This document shows, piece by piece, positions 1 to 8,099 of a DNA stretch of 64,000 bases (position 1 is the stretch's first letter; each line of letters opens with the position of its first letter). The notes beneath the pieces were generated by a model. The model was given only the letters and a program-made list of their open reading frames with translations. It was not told where the DNA came from and made no database searches. Location: positions 79,081 to 143,080 of the forward strand of contig JBPOIT010000008.1 in assembly GCA_052034235.1 (NCBI GenBank), in the 5' to 3' direction. This stretch comes from Candidatus Levyibacteriota bacterium (lineage in GTDB: Bacteria > Patescibacteriota > Microgenomatia > Levybacterales > UBA12049). The translations under genes were made by a program, and so were the position numbers.

Positions 1-40
1 AGGTATATTATCAAGTGTCCCACAATATCCTGATTCTGCA

Positions 41-1888
41 TTGGCACTCCTAGGAGGAGGCACAGTTGCTAGCCATCTGTATGCAAAAGGTTTTGCACGA
101 AGAGAAGATATTGGAAACCATTTATTTCGAATGGCTGGTGAATTTTCTTCATTACTTCAAGTGCATTATCGTACTCATGAACGATCTCTCGCTCATTGGC
201 GGGGGATACCCTTGGGGGATATCGATCAGGTAAGTGAAAGAATATTCACTGGTAGCCGTCTTGCAATAGAAAGTAAAACAACGAAAACTGAAGCTAAAGC
301 AATTGCGACCGGTGTCACTGTCGCACAAAGTATAAATGTGTTAAACGTAGGATCTCTGCAGGAGCTTGCCATAAAACTTTTAGGTCCGACTTTTGCTGCA
401 GCATACCTTTTCCGCAGAATCCGCAAAGAACGATCAGGCGATACTGTAAAACAGTATATAGCTGACCAGAATGATTTGCTCTCTGAAGCTCAACGGATTA
501 AACGACTAATCGCTTCTGATAGAAGTGGGAGTTTGGCACTCGATCTTAATGCAGAGACGGATCTAGGAGAAAGACGCAGGGCACTTGTAGGATCTGTACA
601 AAAGAGTCGAGTCCATACAAAAGGTGCTATCGAAAAAACTCCCTGGTATCTTGCACTAGGTACAACCCTTGCAGATTATACCGCTGATGTTCCTCCAGGT
701 GTCGGTTCATTGATCACAGGAGGTATTATAGTATCAGCTCTCAGTTCCTTTGATGATGAATTTACTCGACTAAGAACAGATGAGGTCCGCAAAATAGAGT
801 TAGGTCACTTGGTTGAATTAATAGATGAAATTGAACTTTCTGAACATCGTATTCCTACACGCATAGAAAGAACTGCAATTATGGATAGATATAAGTTTCA
901 AGAAATTGAAACGCGGGAAGAGGTTTTAGATGCAATGAGAAACCATGCTCTAATTATTGCTGGACTAGATAATGGCGCAGTAATGAACCGGAAAGTCTTA
1001 GTTGATAAACCTATTTTTCTTTTTCCAGGAATTTCTTTTGTTAATGCTCCCTCTGGAACAGGAAAATCTGAATTTTTGAGAATGATTGCGCTGGAACAAG
1101 GAAATATTGCTCGAATACAAATTACCATGGGAGCTGATTTTAGAGAGATTCGTCACGATTTGCTTCCTGAGATTGTTACGCTCGTTGAAGCAGTTCCACA
1201 AAGCACTGAAACAACTATAGCTGAACAAATGGTACCTTTTGTTATGGAAAAAGGGGATAACGCATTTAAAGATGCTCTTCGCGGACTTGAGAATGACAAA
1301 ACCATATCGCGTAAATATGGTAGACATTCTACGAATAACGTCTTGAATAGACTCTTTACTGAACATTATCAGAGACAAGCATTACTCCAAATTTGGGTTG
1401 AAGATCCTTCATTTGTAAGTGGATCGGTCGTAGGTTTGGCAAATACACTGCTCAATACTGCCTTTATGAAGGTCATACAATCCTTAATACCTTCAATTAA
1501 TACACCTGAAGAAGCTGCTGCATATCTCCAAAGAAAACCTGGTGCCTCAAAAGGCACTTCTACCGGTGAAGCACAGCGTTGGGAATTATGTAAAGCACTA
1601 CTAAAAGAAAGAGCTGTGCTTCTTCTTGACGAACCGACTGGAAACCTCGATTCACATGAAGAAGACTCTTCACTTGATCATGTAGCCAACTCTTTAATCG
1701 CATATCAGAAGCGTTACCCACATACAGTCATTCTCATTGCAACCAACGATAGAACACTCCAAACGAAATTAATTCAAGCATCACAAGCCGATGTTTTACA
1801 ACAGAGATTTCCACTCGTTGATAAACTTATTCAAGCAGAAGATACTGGCAAAAGCATTATATGGAGAGCCGAACCATTGATAGTTTAA
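41..1888 (+). CDS. ABC-type ATPase domain protein with ~320 aa unknown N-terminal domain; probably 5'-partial (frame open from window position 2, annotated start is TTG)
   Basis: C-terminal half has Walker A NAPSGTGKSEF, ABC signature-like STGEAQRW and Walker B/D-loop LLLDEPTGNLD; ~175 aa between Walker A and signature (longer than canonical ABC); no in-frame stop between pos 2 and 41. Confidence 0.5.
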   Translation: MALLGGGTVASHLYAKGFARREDIGNHLFRMAGEFSSLLQVHYRTHERSLAHWRGIPLGDIDQVSERIFTGSRLAIESKTTKTEAKAIATGVTVAQSINVLNVGSLQELAIKLLGPTFAAAYLFRRIRKERSGDTVKQYIADQNDLLSEAQRIKRLIASDRSGSLALDLNAETDLGERRRALVGSVQKSRVHTKGAIEKTPWYLALGTTLADYTADVPPGVGSLITGGIIVSALSSFDDEFTRLRTDEVRKIELGHLVELIDEIELSEHRIPTRIERTAIMDRYKFQEIETREEVLDAMRNHALIIAGLDNGAVMNRKVLVDKPIFLFPGISFVNAPSGTGKSEFLRMIALEQGNIARIQITMGADFREIRHDLLPEIVTLVEAVPQSTETTIAEQMVPFVMEKGDNAFKDALRGLENDKTISRKYGRHSTNNVLNRLFTEHYQRQALLQIWVEDPSFVSGSVVGLANTLLNTAFMKVIQSLIPSINTPEEAAAYLQRKPGASKGTSTGEAQRWELCKALLKERAVLLLDEPTGNLDSHEEDSSLDHVANSLIAYQKRYPHTVILIATNDRTLQTKLIQASQADVLQQRFPLVDKLIQAEDTGKSIIWRAEPLIV

Positions 1889-1954
1889 GAAAAAATTGTA
1901 CAACAGTTTCCATTTCTCTCTCATTTTGGTTATAATACAAACGTTTACACATAC

Positions 1955-2036
1955 GCGGATGTGGTGAAATGGTAGACACGCAAGTTTTAGGAACTTGTGC
2001 CCAAAAGGTGTGGAGGTTCGAGTCCTCTCATCCGCA
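1955..2036 (+). tRNA. tRNA-Leu (anticodon UAG), class II with long variable arm
   Basis: Cloverleaf folded by hand: acceptor GCGGATG/CATCCGC, 3-bp D stem, anticodon stem CAAGT/ACTTG, loop TTTAGGA (U33, anticodon TAG, G37), 14-nt variable arm, T stem GGAGG/CCTCT with TTCGAGT loop, discriminator A; CCA not encoded. Confidence 0.85.
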
Positions 2037-2055
2037 CAAAAGGTTGTTATACCTT

Positions 2056-2937
2056 TCAAGTGGTTACTATTGGTTTCATTTTATTACTAAAAAGAGTTAT
2101 TGGATTAGCTACTAAAATTTGTTTTCTTGTAGGATCATCTTGCCCCAAAAGTGTAATAGGCCAGAGATCTGCCTCATATGGTGGAACCCATCCTAAATCT
2201 GTCCCAGCTAAAATCCTGTCTGGTCTTTCTTCACACATAGTAAAAAATGCATTTTTAGCTCGTTCGTTCCATTCTGTTATGTTTGGGTGTACCGTTACTG
2301 TTCTTCTTCCTGTGTCAGGATCGAATCGTCGAGATTCTCCTATTTGATGCATACACGTTGTGTTTAGATAAACACGATCTTCCTTTGTTGCAAATTCGAC
2401 TGCTTCATCCATATATTTAGGGTCAAGCCCGCCAAAATGAGCGAGGATAAGTGTAAGATTTGGAAATCGTTTTAGAACATCTTTGCTCATTGCTACTGAA
2501 TTAAAATCTTGACCAGATCCAGCTGCATGGAGCAAAAATGGAATTTTATTTTTTTGCGCAATATCATAATAAGGATAATACCGTGGATCATCCATAGGAA
2601 TCCTAAAGAGCGCAGGATGAGACTTTATACCAACAACAAACTCTTTACCTGCAAGCATTTCAATCTCTTCTGGTTTGTCAGCCTTGGAGCTGAATTCAGA
2701 TTCTTCGTTAGGGTTTGCCATGAGATACATACCAAGAAAACGTGGATCATCTATTACTTTCTCTAAAGTCGCTTTATTCTTTTTAGCAGAAAAAGGAATC
2801 GTGAGAAATCCTGTGTCACTAAATTCCGGAGCGTGGAAGTATCCAGTTGTATCACCAATACCCAGTCGTCTTGATTTTCCTAGAAATGTATGTGTATCAA
2901 TTACTTGTAATTTTTGAGGACGAGTTTCTATGCTCAT
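2056..2937 (-). CDS. metal-dependent amidohydrolase (amidohydrolase-2-like TIM barrel)
   Basis: N-terminal VIDTHTF (HxH metal site), later ILAHFGG and HAAGSG motifs typical of amidohydrolase-2 family; 293 aa. Confidence 0.55.
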   Translation of the reverse strand: MSIETRPQKLQVIDTHTFLGKSRRLGIGDTTGYFHAPEFSDTGFLTIPFSAKKNKATLEKVIDDPRFLGMYLMANPNEESEFSSKADKPEEIEMLAGKEFVVGIKSHPALFRIPMDDPRYYPYYDIAQKNKIPFLLHAAGSGQDFNSVAMSKDVLKRFPNLTLILAHFGGLDPKYMDEAVEFATKEDRVYLNTTCMHQIGESRRFDPDTGRRTVTVHPNITEWNERAKNAFFTMCEERPDRILAGTDLGWVPPYEADLWPITLLGQDDPTRKQILVANPITLFSNKMKPIVTT

Positions 2938-2965
2938 AGCAAAGGTATAATAATGTGCTAGTCAG

Positions 2966-3874
2966 TTACTTTGGCAAATAAGCCAATAGTCTTTCGACAT
3001 CTGGTTGCTCCATTTCAAATGAAAGTGCGGCAAGATTTTCTCTCATGTGCATCGGATTTTTTGTCTGAACCAAGGGTACCGCTCCCCATTCATAAACAGC
3101 GCGAATTCCCACTTGAGCTGGAGTCATGTTATATTTATAAGCTATTTCTGTTACAACATCGCTAGCATCCTGACTCCCAGTCAGTCCTCTGTTTAGCGCG
3201 GCTGATGCCTCAAAAACAATGCCATTAGCACGACATATCTTACGAGTTTCAGCTGCATCTGGACGAGGATTTGCTAAATTCACTTTAGCTTGATACACAC
3301 TTACTGTACCACCTACTTTATCAACCTCGTCAATTGCAAGTCCTAATTCATCTGGCCGCAGATTACTTAACCCAACTGAACGTGCATGACCAATCTTTAC
3401 AGCAGCAACTAAGCCTTTTACTCCCACAAGCATATCTTGTTCACGGTCTTCCCACCTATTGTGCAAAAAGAGAACATTTGGAACTCTACCAAGTCTTTCC
3501 CTGCTTTTTTGAGCAGCATCAATTATATAATCATACGGAGAAGTTCCAGTATCGGGTGGTATTATACCTACTTTGGTTGCAATAGTTAACTGTTCGTGTG
3601 GGAATGCTAGGATAGCCCTGCGGACAGCTAATTCTGATGCTCCATATGCCTGAGCGGTATCTATATGATGAAACCCAAGACCGATTGCAATTCTCAATAA
3701 TCCAGTATCTTTTTTTAAATCACCAGGTAGCGCAGGAAACATTTTTGTTTTTTGATCTTGCTCAGTGCCCGCAGCATATGCTGCTGTTCCAAAACCTATA
3801 GGATTACCAATTATATTTGATATGTTAACTCCTGAATCTGGCAATCCACCACCAGTATATTTCTCATGTCCCAT
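2966..3874 (-). CDS. aldo/keto reductase family oxidoreductase
   Basis: GFGTAAYA, HIDTAQAYGASE, LFLHNRWED motifs characteristic of AKR superfamily; 302 aa. Confidence 0.7.
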   Translation of the reverse strand: MGHEKYTGGGLPDSGVNISNIIGNPIGFGTAAYAAGTEQDQKTKMFPALPGDLKKDTGLLRIAIGLGFHHIDTAQAYGASELAVRRAILAFPHEQLTIATKVGIIPPDTGTSPYDYIIDAAQKSRERLGRVPNVLFLHNRWEDREQDMLVGVKGLVAAVKIGHARSVGLSNLRPDELGLAIDEVDKVGGTVSVYQAKVNLANPRPDAAETRKICRANGIVFEASAALNRGLTGSQDASDVVTEIAYKYNMTPAQVGIRAVYEWGAVPLVQTKNPMHMRENLAALSFEMEQPDVERLLAYLPK

Positions 3875-4007
3875 AGCAGTATTATAGCAATTTTTTTACA
3901 AAATGGAAGTACTTCGAATGTATAACGGAAATATAACCTATCACACCGGGAGTAATGAACATTGAAGATTTTCTGGTTTCCACAAACGTTGATGAGATGA
4001 TGATATG

Positions 4008-4039
4008 AGGTGTGGAGGTTCAAGTCCTCTCATCCGCAC
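4008..4039. repeat. direct repeat: copy of the 3' 32 nt of tRNA-Leu (end of variable arm + T arm + acceptor 3' strand), 1 mismatch
   Basis: aggtgtggaggttcaagtcctctcatccgcac vs tRNA 2005-2036 aggtgtggaggttcgagtcctctcatccgcac. Confidence 0.8.
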
Positions 4040-4095
4040 TAGACCGGACATCGTGTTCGGAAGAACTCGAATAGCTTGATATATAGGGCTAATTA
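4040..4095. repeat. 56-nt unit (tagaccggacatcGtgttcgga...) repeated at 4924-4979 (~49/56 identical)
   Basis: Direct sequence comparison of the two intergenic regions. Confidence 0.8.
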
Positions 4096-4158
4096 AAACT
4101 AGACATAAACCATTACATTCTATCCTCCAAAAATTAATAGCAATTTAGCCTCAGAAAT

Positions 4159-4177
4159 GGTTCAAGTCCTCTCATCC
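4159..4177. repeat. second short copy of tRNA-Leu T-arm fragment ggttcaagtcctctcatcc
   Basis: identical to 4018-4036; a third copy tggttcaagtcctctc at 5041-5056. Confidence 0.75.
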
Positions 4178-4275
4178 TGTTTTTCCATAAATCGATAGAT
4201 GTAATTTTCTAAATACTATTGCCAATACGAGCTTAATATATTGACAAAAGGTATGTTATGTCATAAAATCTATAA

Positions 4276-4560
4276 GTGAAATATTTTGATTGGGATAAAG
4301 AGAAGAATGAGCGCTTAAGGATAGAACGTGATATATGCTTTGAAGATATCCTTACTATTCTTGAAGAGAAAGACTTTCTCGATGTCGTAGAGCATCCTAA
4401 TACAATAAAATATCCTAATCAAAAAATGTTTGTGATAGAATGGGATGAATATGTATATTTAGTTCCATTTGTCGAAGATGAGGAAAAGTATTTTTTAAAA
4501 ACTATTATTCCAAGCAGAAAAGCCACAAAGCAATATTTAGAAAAGAAAAAATTACTATGA
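4276..4560 (+). CDS. brnT: BrnT-like toxin (DUF497 RNase, type II TA)
   Basis: GTG start; N-terminal YFDWDKEKNERL and C-terminal IIPSRKATKQYLEKKK resemble BrnT family consensus (FEWD...IISARKAT.KE...Y); 4-nt ATGA overlap with downstream antitoxin. Confidence 0.6.
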   Translation: MKYFDWDKEKNERLRIERDICFEDILTILEEKDFLDVVEHPNTIKYPNQKMFVIEWDEYVYLVPFVEDEEKYFLKTIIPSRKATKQYLEKKKLL

Positions 4561-4817
4561 AATATTACGAATTACCAAAAGAAGAACAAGAATTACTTGA
4601 AGAGTACGAAAAAGGAGAATTTAAAAGTGTTTCCGATCTTAAAACAGTAAAGGAACAATTTTCCCAAATTGCCAAGAATACTCTAAATAAAGCGAGAAAT
4701 ATCAATATTAGACTTTCAGAGAAAGATTTAGTATTGCTTAAAAGAAAAGCTGTAGAGGAAGGTATTCCCTATCAGACACTTGTATCTTCTGTTCTACACA
4801 AATTTGTAAGTAAATAA
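4557..4817 (+). CDS. brnA: BrnA-like antitoxin (ribbon-helix-helix)
   Basis: C-terminal INIRLSEKDLVLLKRKAVEEGIPYQTLVSSVLHKF matches BrnA RHH pattern (ISIRLPxxxLxxLKxxAxxxGxPYQSLIKxxL); overlaps brnT by 4 nt. Confidence 0.6.
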   Translation: MKYYELPKEEQELLEEYEKGEFKSVSDLKTVKEQFSQIAKNTLNKARNINIRLSEKDLVLLKRKAVEEGIPYQTLVSSVLHKFVSK

Positions 4818-4862
4818 ACATTAATTATTTTCTACGATTTATAGTTTTCTTCGGCTTGATAC

Positions 4863-4923
4863 GCTTCCATAAATTTAATAAGTTGAGCTAGTAATGGTTC
4901 AAAATAAAACCGCTCTTCCGCAC
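4863..4923. repeat. 61-nt repeat ending in degenerate tRNA 3'-end copy (ggttcaaaataaaaccgctcttccgcac); second copy at 6228-6288
   Basis: gcttccataaattt[A/G]ataag...ttcaaaataaaaccgctcttccgcac in both; ~53/61 identical. Confidence 0.8.
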
Positions 4924-4979
4924 TAGACCGGACATCCTGTTCGGATAACCTCGAATAGCTTGATAAATAGGGTTAATTG
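4924..4979. repeat. second copy of the 56-nt tagaccggacatc... unit
   Basis: see 4040-4095. Confidence 0.8.
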
Positions 4980-5040
4980 TAAGCAGTTTAATTCTATATT
5001 GGGCTACTTATAATAAATTATTAAAATTCTAGCCTTATAA

Positions 5041-5056
5041 TGGTTCAAGTCCTCTC
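5041..5056. repeat. third short tRNA-Leu T-arm fragment copy (tggttcaagtcctctc)
   Basis: match to 4158-4173 and to tRNA T arm. Confidence 0.6.
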
Positions 5057-5128
5057 TTTTCATTATAATCTTACCGCTTGACAAATGGGTATTATATAGG
5101 TACTATATGGGTAGTCGTTTTTGAACTT

Positions 5129-6175
5129 ATGTTTACACCCTACTTTACTATCACTCCTAAAATAACAAAAGATATTGAATTAATAGGTCAAATATTTGGA
5201 TATTTTCGTGCTGTCACACTTCCCCTTGGCTACAGAAAAGAACTTATTACTAAAGTTACTGCAGAAACAGTGCATGCCTCAACAGCAATAGAAGGGAATA
5301 CTCTAACTGAGAAACAAGTGCAAGAAGTATTAGCAGGAAAAGAGATACATGCGGAGGATCAAGATATTAAAGAAATCATCAATTATAATAGCGCACTTGA
5401 TTATATTGAAAAAATTGTAAAAGATACGAAAGAACTAGTAATTACAGAGGTATTAATCAAAGAAATTAATTTTATTATTCTTAAAAATATACGAGATGAT
5501 ATTTCAGGAGCATATAGAACTGGACAGGTGCGTGTTGGCGACTATGTGCCTCCTGATCATTTGAAAGTGCCAACTTTAATGTCTGAATTTATACAATGGA
5601 TCAAAGATCCTCTGCCTACTTCTCTATCACCTATTCTCTATACAGGTATTGCGCATTATCAATTTGTTGCGATTCATCCATTCACTGATGGCAATGGAAG
5701 AACGACACGCATTTTGACTACACTTATGCTTGCTCTCAATGGATATGATATGACAAGTTTCTTTGCTCTCGAGAGTTATTACAACCGAAATAGAAAAGCT
5801 TATTATGAAGCTCTTAACTCTGCTGATAAATATAGAATAAACGGAGAACCTGATTTAACTAGATGGCTTGAATATTATGTAGAAGGAATGCTTATAGAGG
5901 CAACACGTGCAAAATCACGAATTGAAGAATTGCACGAAAAAAGTAAAATGGTTAGTGATAAAGCTTGGCTAAGTGACATTCAGATTAAGATGCTCAAGCT
6001 TACGATAAAACAAGGCAAGGTAAAAACAGCAGATTATCTGCTTGTTTCAGGATTGAGCAGAAAAGGCACGTATAATGCTTTGGAGAAGCTAGTACAAGAA
6101 GGACTTATAAGCAGGAATGGAACGAATAAAGGAGCATATTATACGGTTACTGAAAAAGGATTAACGTATCGATAA
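5129..6175 (+). CDS. Fic/Doc family protein (class II, internal inhibitory motif), C-terminal winged-helix-like tail
   Basis: Fic active-site motif HPFTDGNGRTTR; upstream inhibitory-helix motif S-T-A-I-E-G-N ([ST]xxxE[GN]); ATG at 5129 preferred over TTG at 5078 which lies inside the repeat; TTGACA-17-TACTAT promoter at 5078-5106. Confidence 0.75.
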   Translation: MFTPYFTITPKITKDIELIGQIFGYFRAVTLPLGYRKELITKVTAETVHASTAIEGNTLTEKQVQEVLAGKEIHAEDQDIKEIINYNSALDYIEKIVKDTKELVITEVLIKEINFIILKNIRDDISGAYRTGQVRVGDYVPPDHLKVPTLMSEFIQWIKDPLPTSLSPILYTGIAHYQFVAIHPFTDGNGRTTRILTTLMLALNGYDMTSFFALESYYNRNRKAYYEALNSADKYRINGEPDLTRWLEYYVEGMLIEATRAKSRIEELHEKSKMVSDKAWLSDIQIKMLKLTIKQGKVKTADYLLVSGLSRKGTYNALEKLVQEGLISRNGTNKGAYYTVTEKGLTYR

Positions 6176-6227
6176 ACGTCTACTAATGGTCTATATTAAG
6201 TCCAATGATACCTTTTCAACCTGATAG

Positions 6228-6288
6228 GCTTCCATAAATTTGATAAGATGAGCCAGAAGTAGTTCAAAATAAAACCGCTCTTCCGCAC
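6228..6288. repeat. copy of the 61-nt repeat with degenerate tRNA 3' end; right boundary of the cassette array
   Basis: see 4863-4923. Confidence 0.8.
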
Positions 6289-6305
6289 AAATGTTTGCAT
6301 CGACT

Positions 6306-8075
6306 TTAATCTTTACGTGGTTCAGAAAGTTTATCTACTAACATCTGCATCGAAGGAGCATAGGTTACACCCTCTTGCGTAAAATGAAATGCGTAGTTTA
6401 TAGATCCAACTGAACCACCATCAGTCGTGTATGAAGCTGCATCAGCAATGTTATACATCATTAGCAATTGGAGCATCTCACTATACCCCATACCAGCTTC
6501 ATGAGCCATACCTTCAATTTCTTTTTTTGTCCTCTCAATACTATCATCGATTTTATCTTGCACAACTGGATTAGCAATAAGAGCACGTAGTCTTGTACTT
6601 CTTGAGCCGAAGTGCAGTACTGTTCCATATTTTTTAAGCAATACTCCTACAGGATTCTCTCGTTCGAGTACTGTCGATGCAATTTTCATTTCACCATCAG
6701 TTGCACCAGCCATTTCAAGTACCCTAGTTCCAATGAGAGTATTGAAATAATGTTGAGAAGCTTTGTAATGTTTTGCTAAAGGTTTACCTATATCGTGAAG
6801 CGCCAATAACAATCTATAGAAAGTCTTGCGAACATTTCCTGGGAGCTCCTCTAGCTTTCCAAAAATTTTTTCATGCTCTATCATTGTTGATAATGTATTG
6901 TAATGCAAAGTTTGCCCCTCCCAATTTGAGATCTGGGCATACTGTTCAGATAAGAAAGCTGATTGACTAAGTGCATCGATGACATGTTGGGGATGATAGT
7001 CTTGCCCCATTCTTCCATCCGCTATGTCTAAAATATCACGGGGAACAGATTCATAATCTGCTTCCTGCAATGTCATTCTGCGTTTCTCACCAGTTTTAAA
7101 TTGCTTTTCTATACGCGTATTCCGTTGTAATATCGTGTGTTGTTCTGTAGGGAAATGGCTTGCATGAAGGTCTACGCATTCTATTGGCAATACTGGAATA
7201 GTTACTCCACTATCTATTGCTTTATTTTTTACCATTTCCACTTGACTTAGCGGTACCTCTAGCGCTAATAATTTCCCAGGAGGGACATCAAACATTGTTC
7301 TATCTTCAAACCTTGATAATGCAGGAACTCGATATGAACTGACCGCATCTGCGTCAAACACAGCAATAACTGGGAAATTACCTTCTATTGTAGAATATGC
7401 ATCCGCCAAATCCATATATTTTAGGTCCCTTGGAATATCCTTGCGAACCTTTCCGAACCAACCTGGTGAAAAACGTGGGCCGTCTTTTACTCCGTAGTGA
7501 GTTTTTCCTACTGTATAAGCCAAAGTTAAAAATTCAGATGGTCTCATATCTAAACCTGTATCTAAGGCGAAATACATTGCCCAATCTTTTTTCGATCCAT
7601 ATTGCCAGACGAGTGGAATACCTTCTGTTTCATGTAATAGCGCGTACGATCGTGCGTAAAAACGCGCCCTGGATAGAGAAGTTGTAGGCATATTACCAGG
7701 TGTCCCTAACCAGCCATCTGGTGCTACTTGTACCCCTTCATCAAAAATTCCATCTACAATATTTGACACCTCTTCGGTATATGTACCTGGTGTACTCTCA
7801 TGAGCATATTGAAGATAACCTGTCCCATGAAAGAAACGATCTGTCCTGATCTTTTCACTGCCATATATGGATTCAATAACGGGTTTATACCTTGTGTATG
7901 CTTCACTCACACTTTTCGGAACTTCAACATTCCTTGCTTCGGTTAAATTCCGTTCTAGACTAAGATATCCTTTTATTATTTGAGTAGGTACATCAATTCT
8001 ATTTGGTAATTCTCTTCGCATAACCATAAAAATGGAATTATAACAAAACCTGTAGGTATTAACAATGACCTCCAC
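6306..8075 (-). CDS. large HD-domain phosphohydrolase-like protein with ~370 aa unknown N-terminal region
   Basis: C-terminal half carries H...LHDIGKP...H...D pattern of HD superfamily (QHVIDAL, LLLALHDIGKPLAKH); rest unrecognised; true start may be internal Met (e.g. ~8027). Confidence 0.5.
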   Translation of the reverse strand: MEVIVNTYRFCYNSIFMVMRRELPNRIDVPTQIIKGYLSLERNLTEARNVEVPKSVSEAYTRYKPVIESIYGSEKIRTDRFFHGTGYLQYAHESTPGTYTEEVSNIVDGIFDEGVQVAPDGWLGTPGNMPTTSLSRARFYARSYALLHETEGIPLVWQYGSKKDWAMYFALDTGLDMRPSEFLTLAYTVGKTHYGVKDGPRFSPGWFGKVRKDIPRDLKYMDLADAYSTIEGNFPVIAVFDADAVSSYRVPALSRFEDRTMFDVPPGKLLALEVPLSQVEMVKNKAIDSGVTIPVLPIECVDLHASHFPTEQHTILQRNTRIEKQFKTGEKRRMTLQEADYESVPRDILDIADGRMGQDYHPQHVIDALSQSAFLSEQYAQISNWEGQTLHYNTLSTMIEHEKIFGKLEELPGNVRKTFYRLLLALHDIGKPLAKHYKASQHYFNTLIGTRVLEMAGATDGEMKIASTVLERENPVGVLLKKYGTVLHFGSRSTRLRALIANPVVQDKIDDSIERTKKEIEGMAHEAGMGYSEMLQLLMMYNIADAASYTTDGGSVGSINYAFHFTQEGVTYAPSMQMLVDKLSEPRKD

Positions 8076-8099
8076 TTGGTTGATATATAAGACCTATAG

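Noticed and set aside
1997-2347. 116-aa plus-strand ORF starting inside tRNA-Leu and running antisense to the amidohydrolase gene
   Set aside because: Overlaps a tRNA and is fully antisense to a better-supported CDS; no motif; typical spurious ORF
5078-5128. TTG start of Fic ORF
   Set aside because: Lies inside the tRNA-fragment repeat and overlaps a promoter-like TTGACA-17-TACTAT; ATG 5129 more plausible
2037-6300. Integrase/recombinase expected for an integration hotspot
   Set aside because: None of the ORFs in or adjacent to the cassette array shows tyrosine (R..HxxR..Y) or serine recombinase motifs; may lie outside the window
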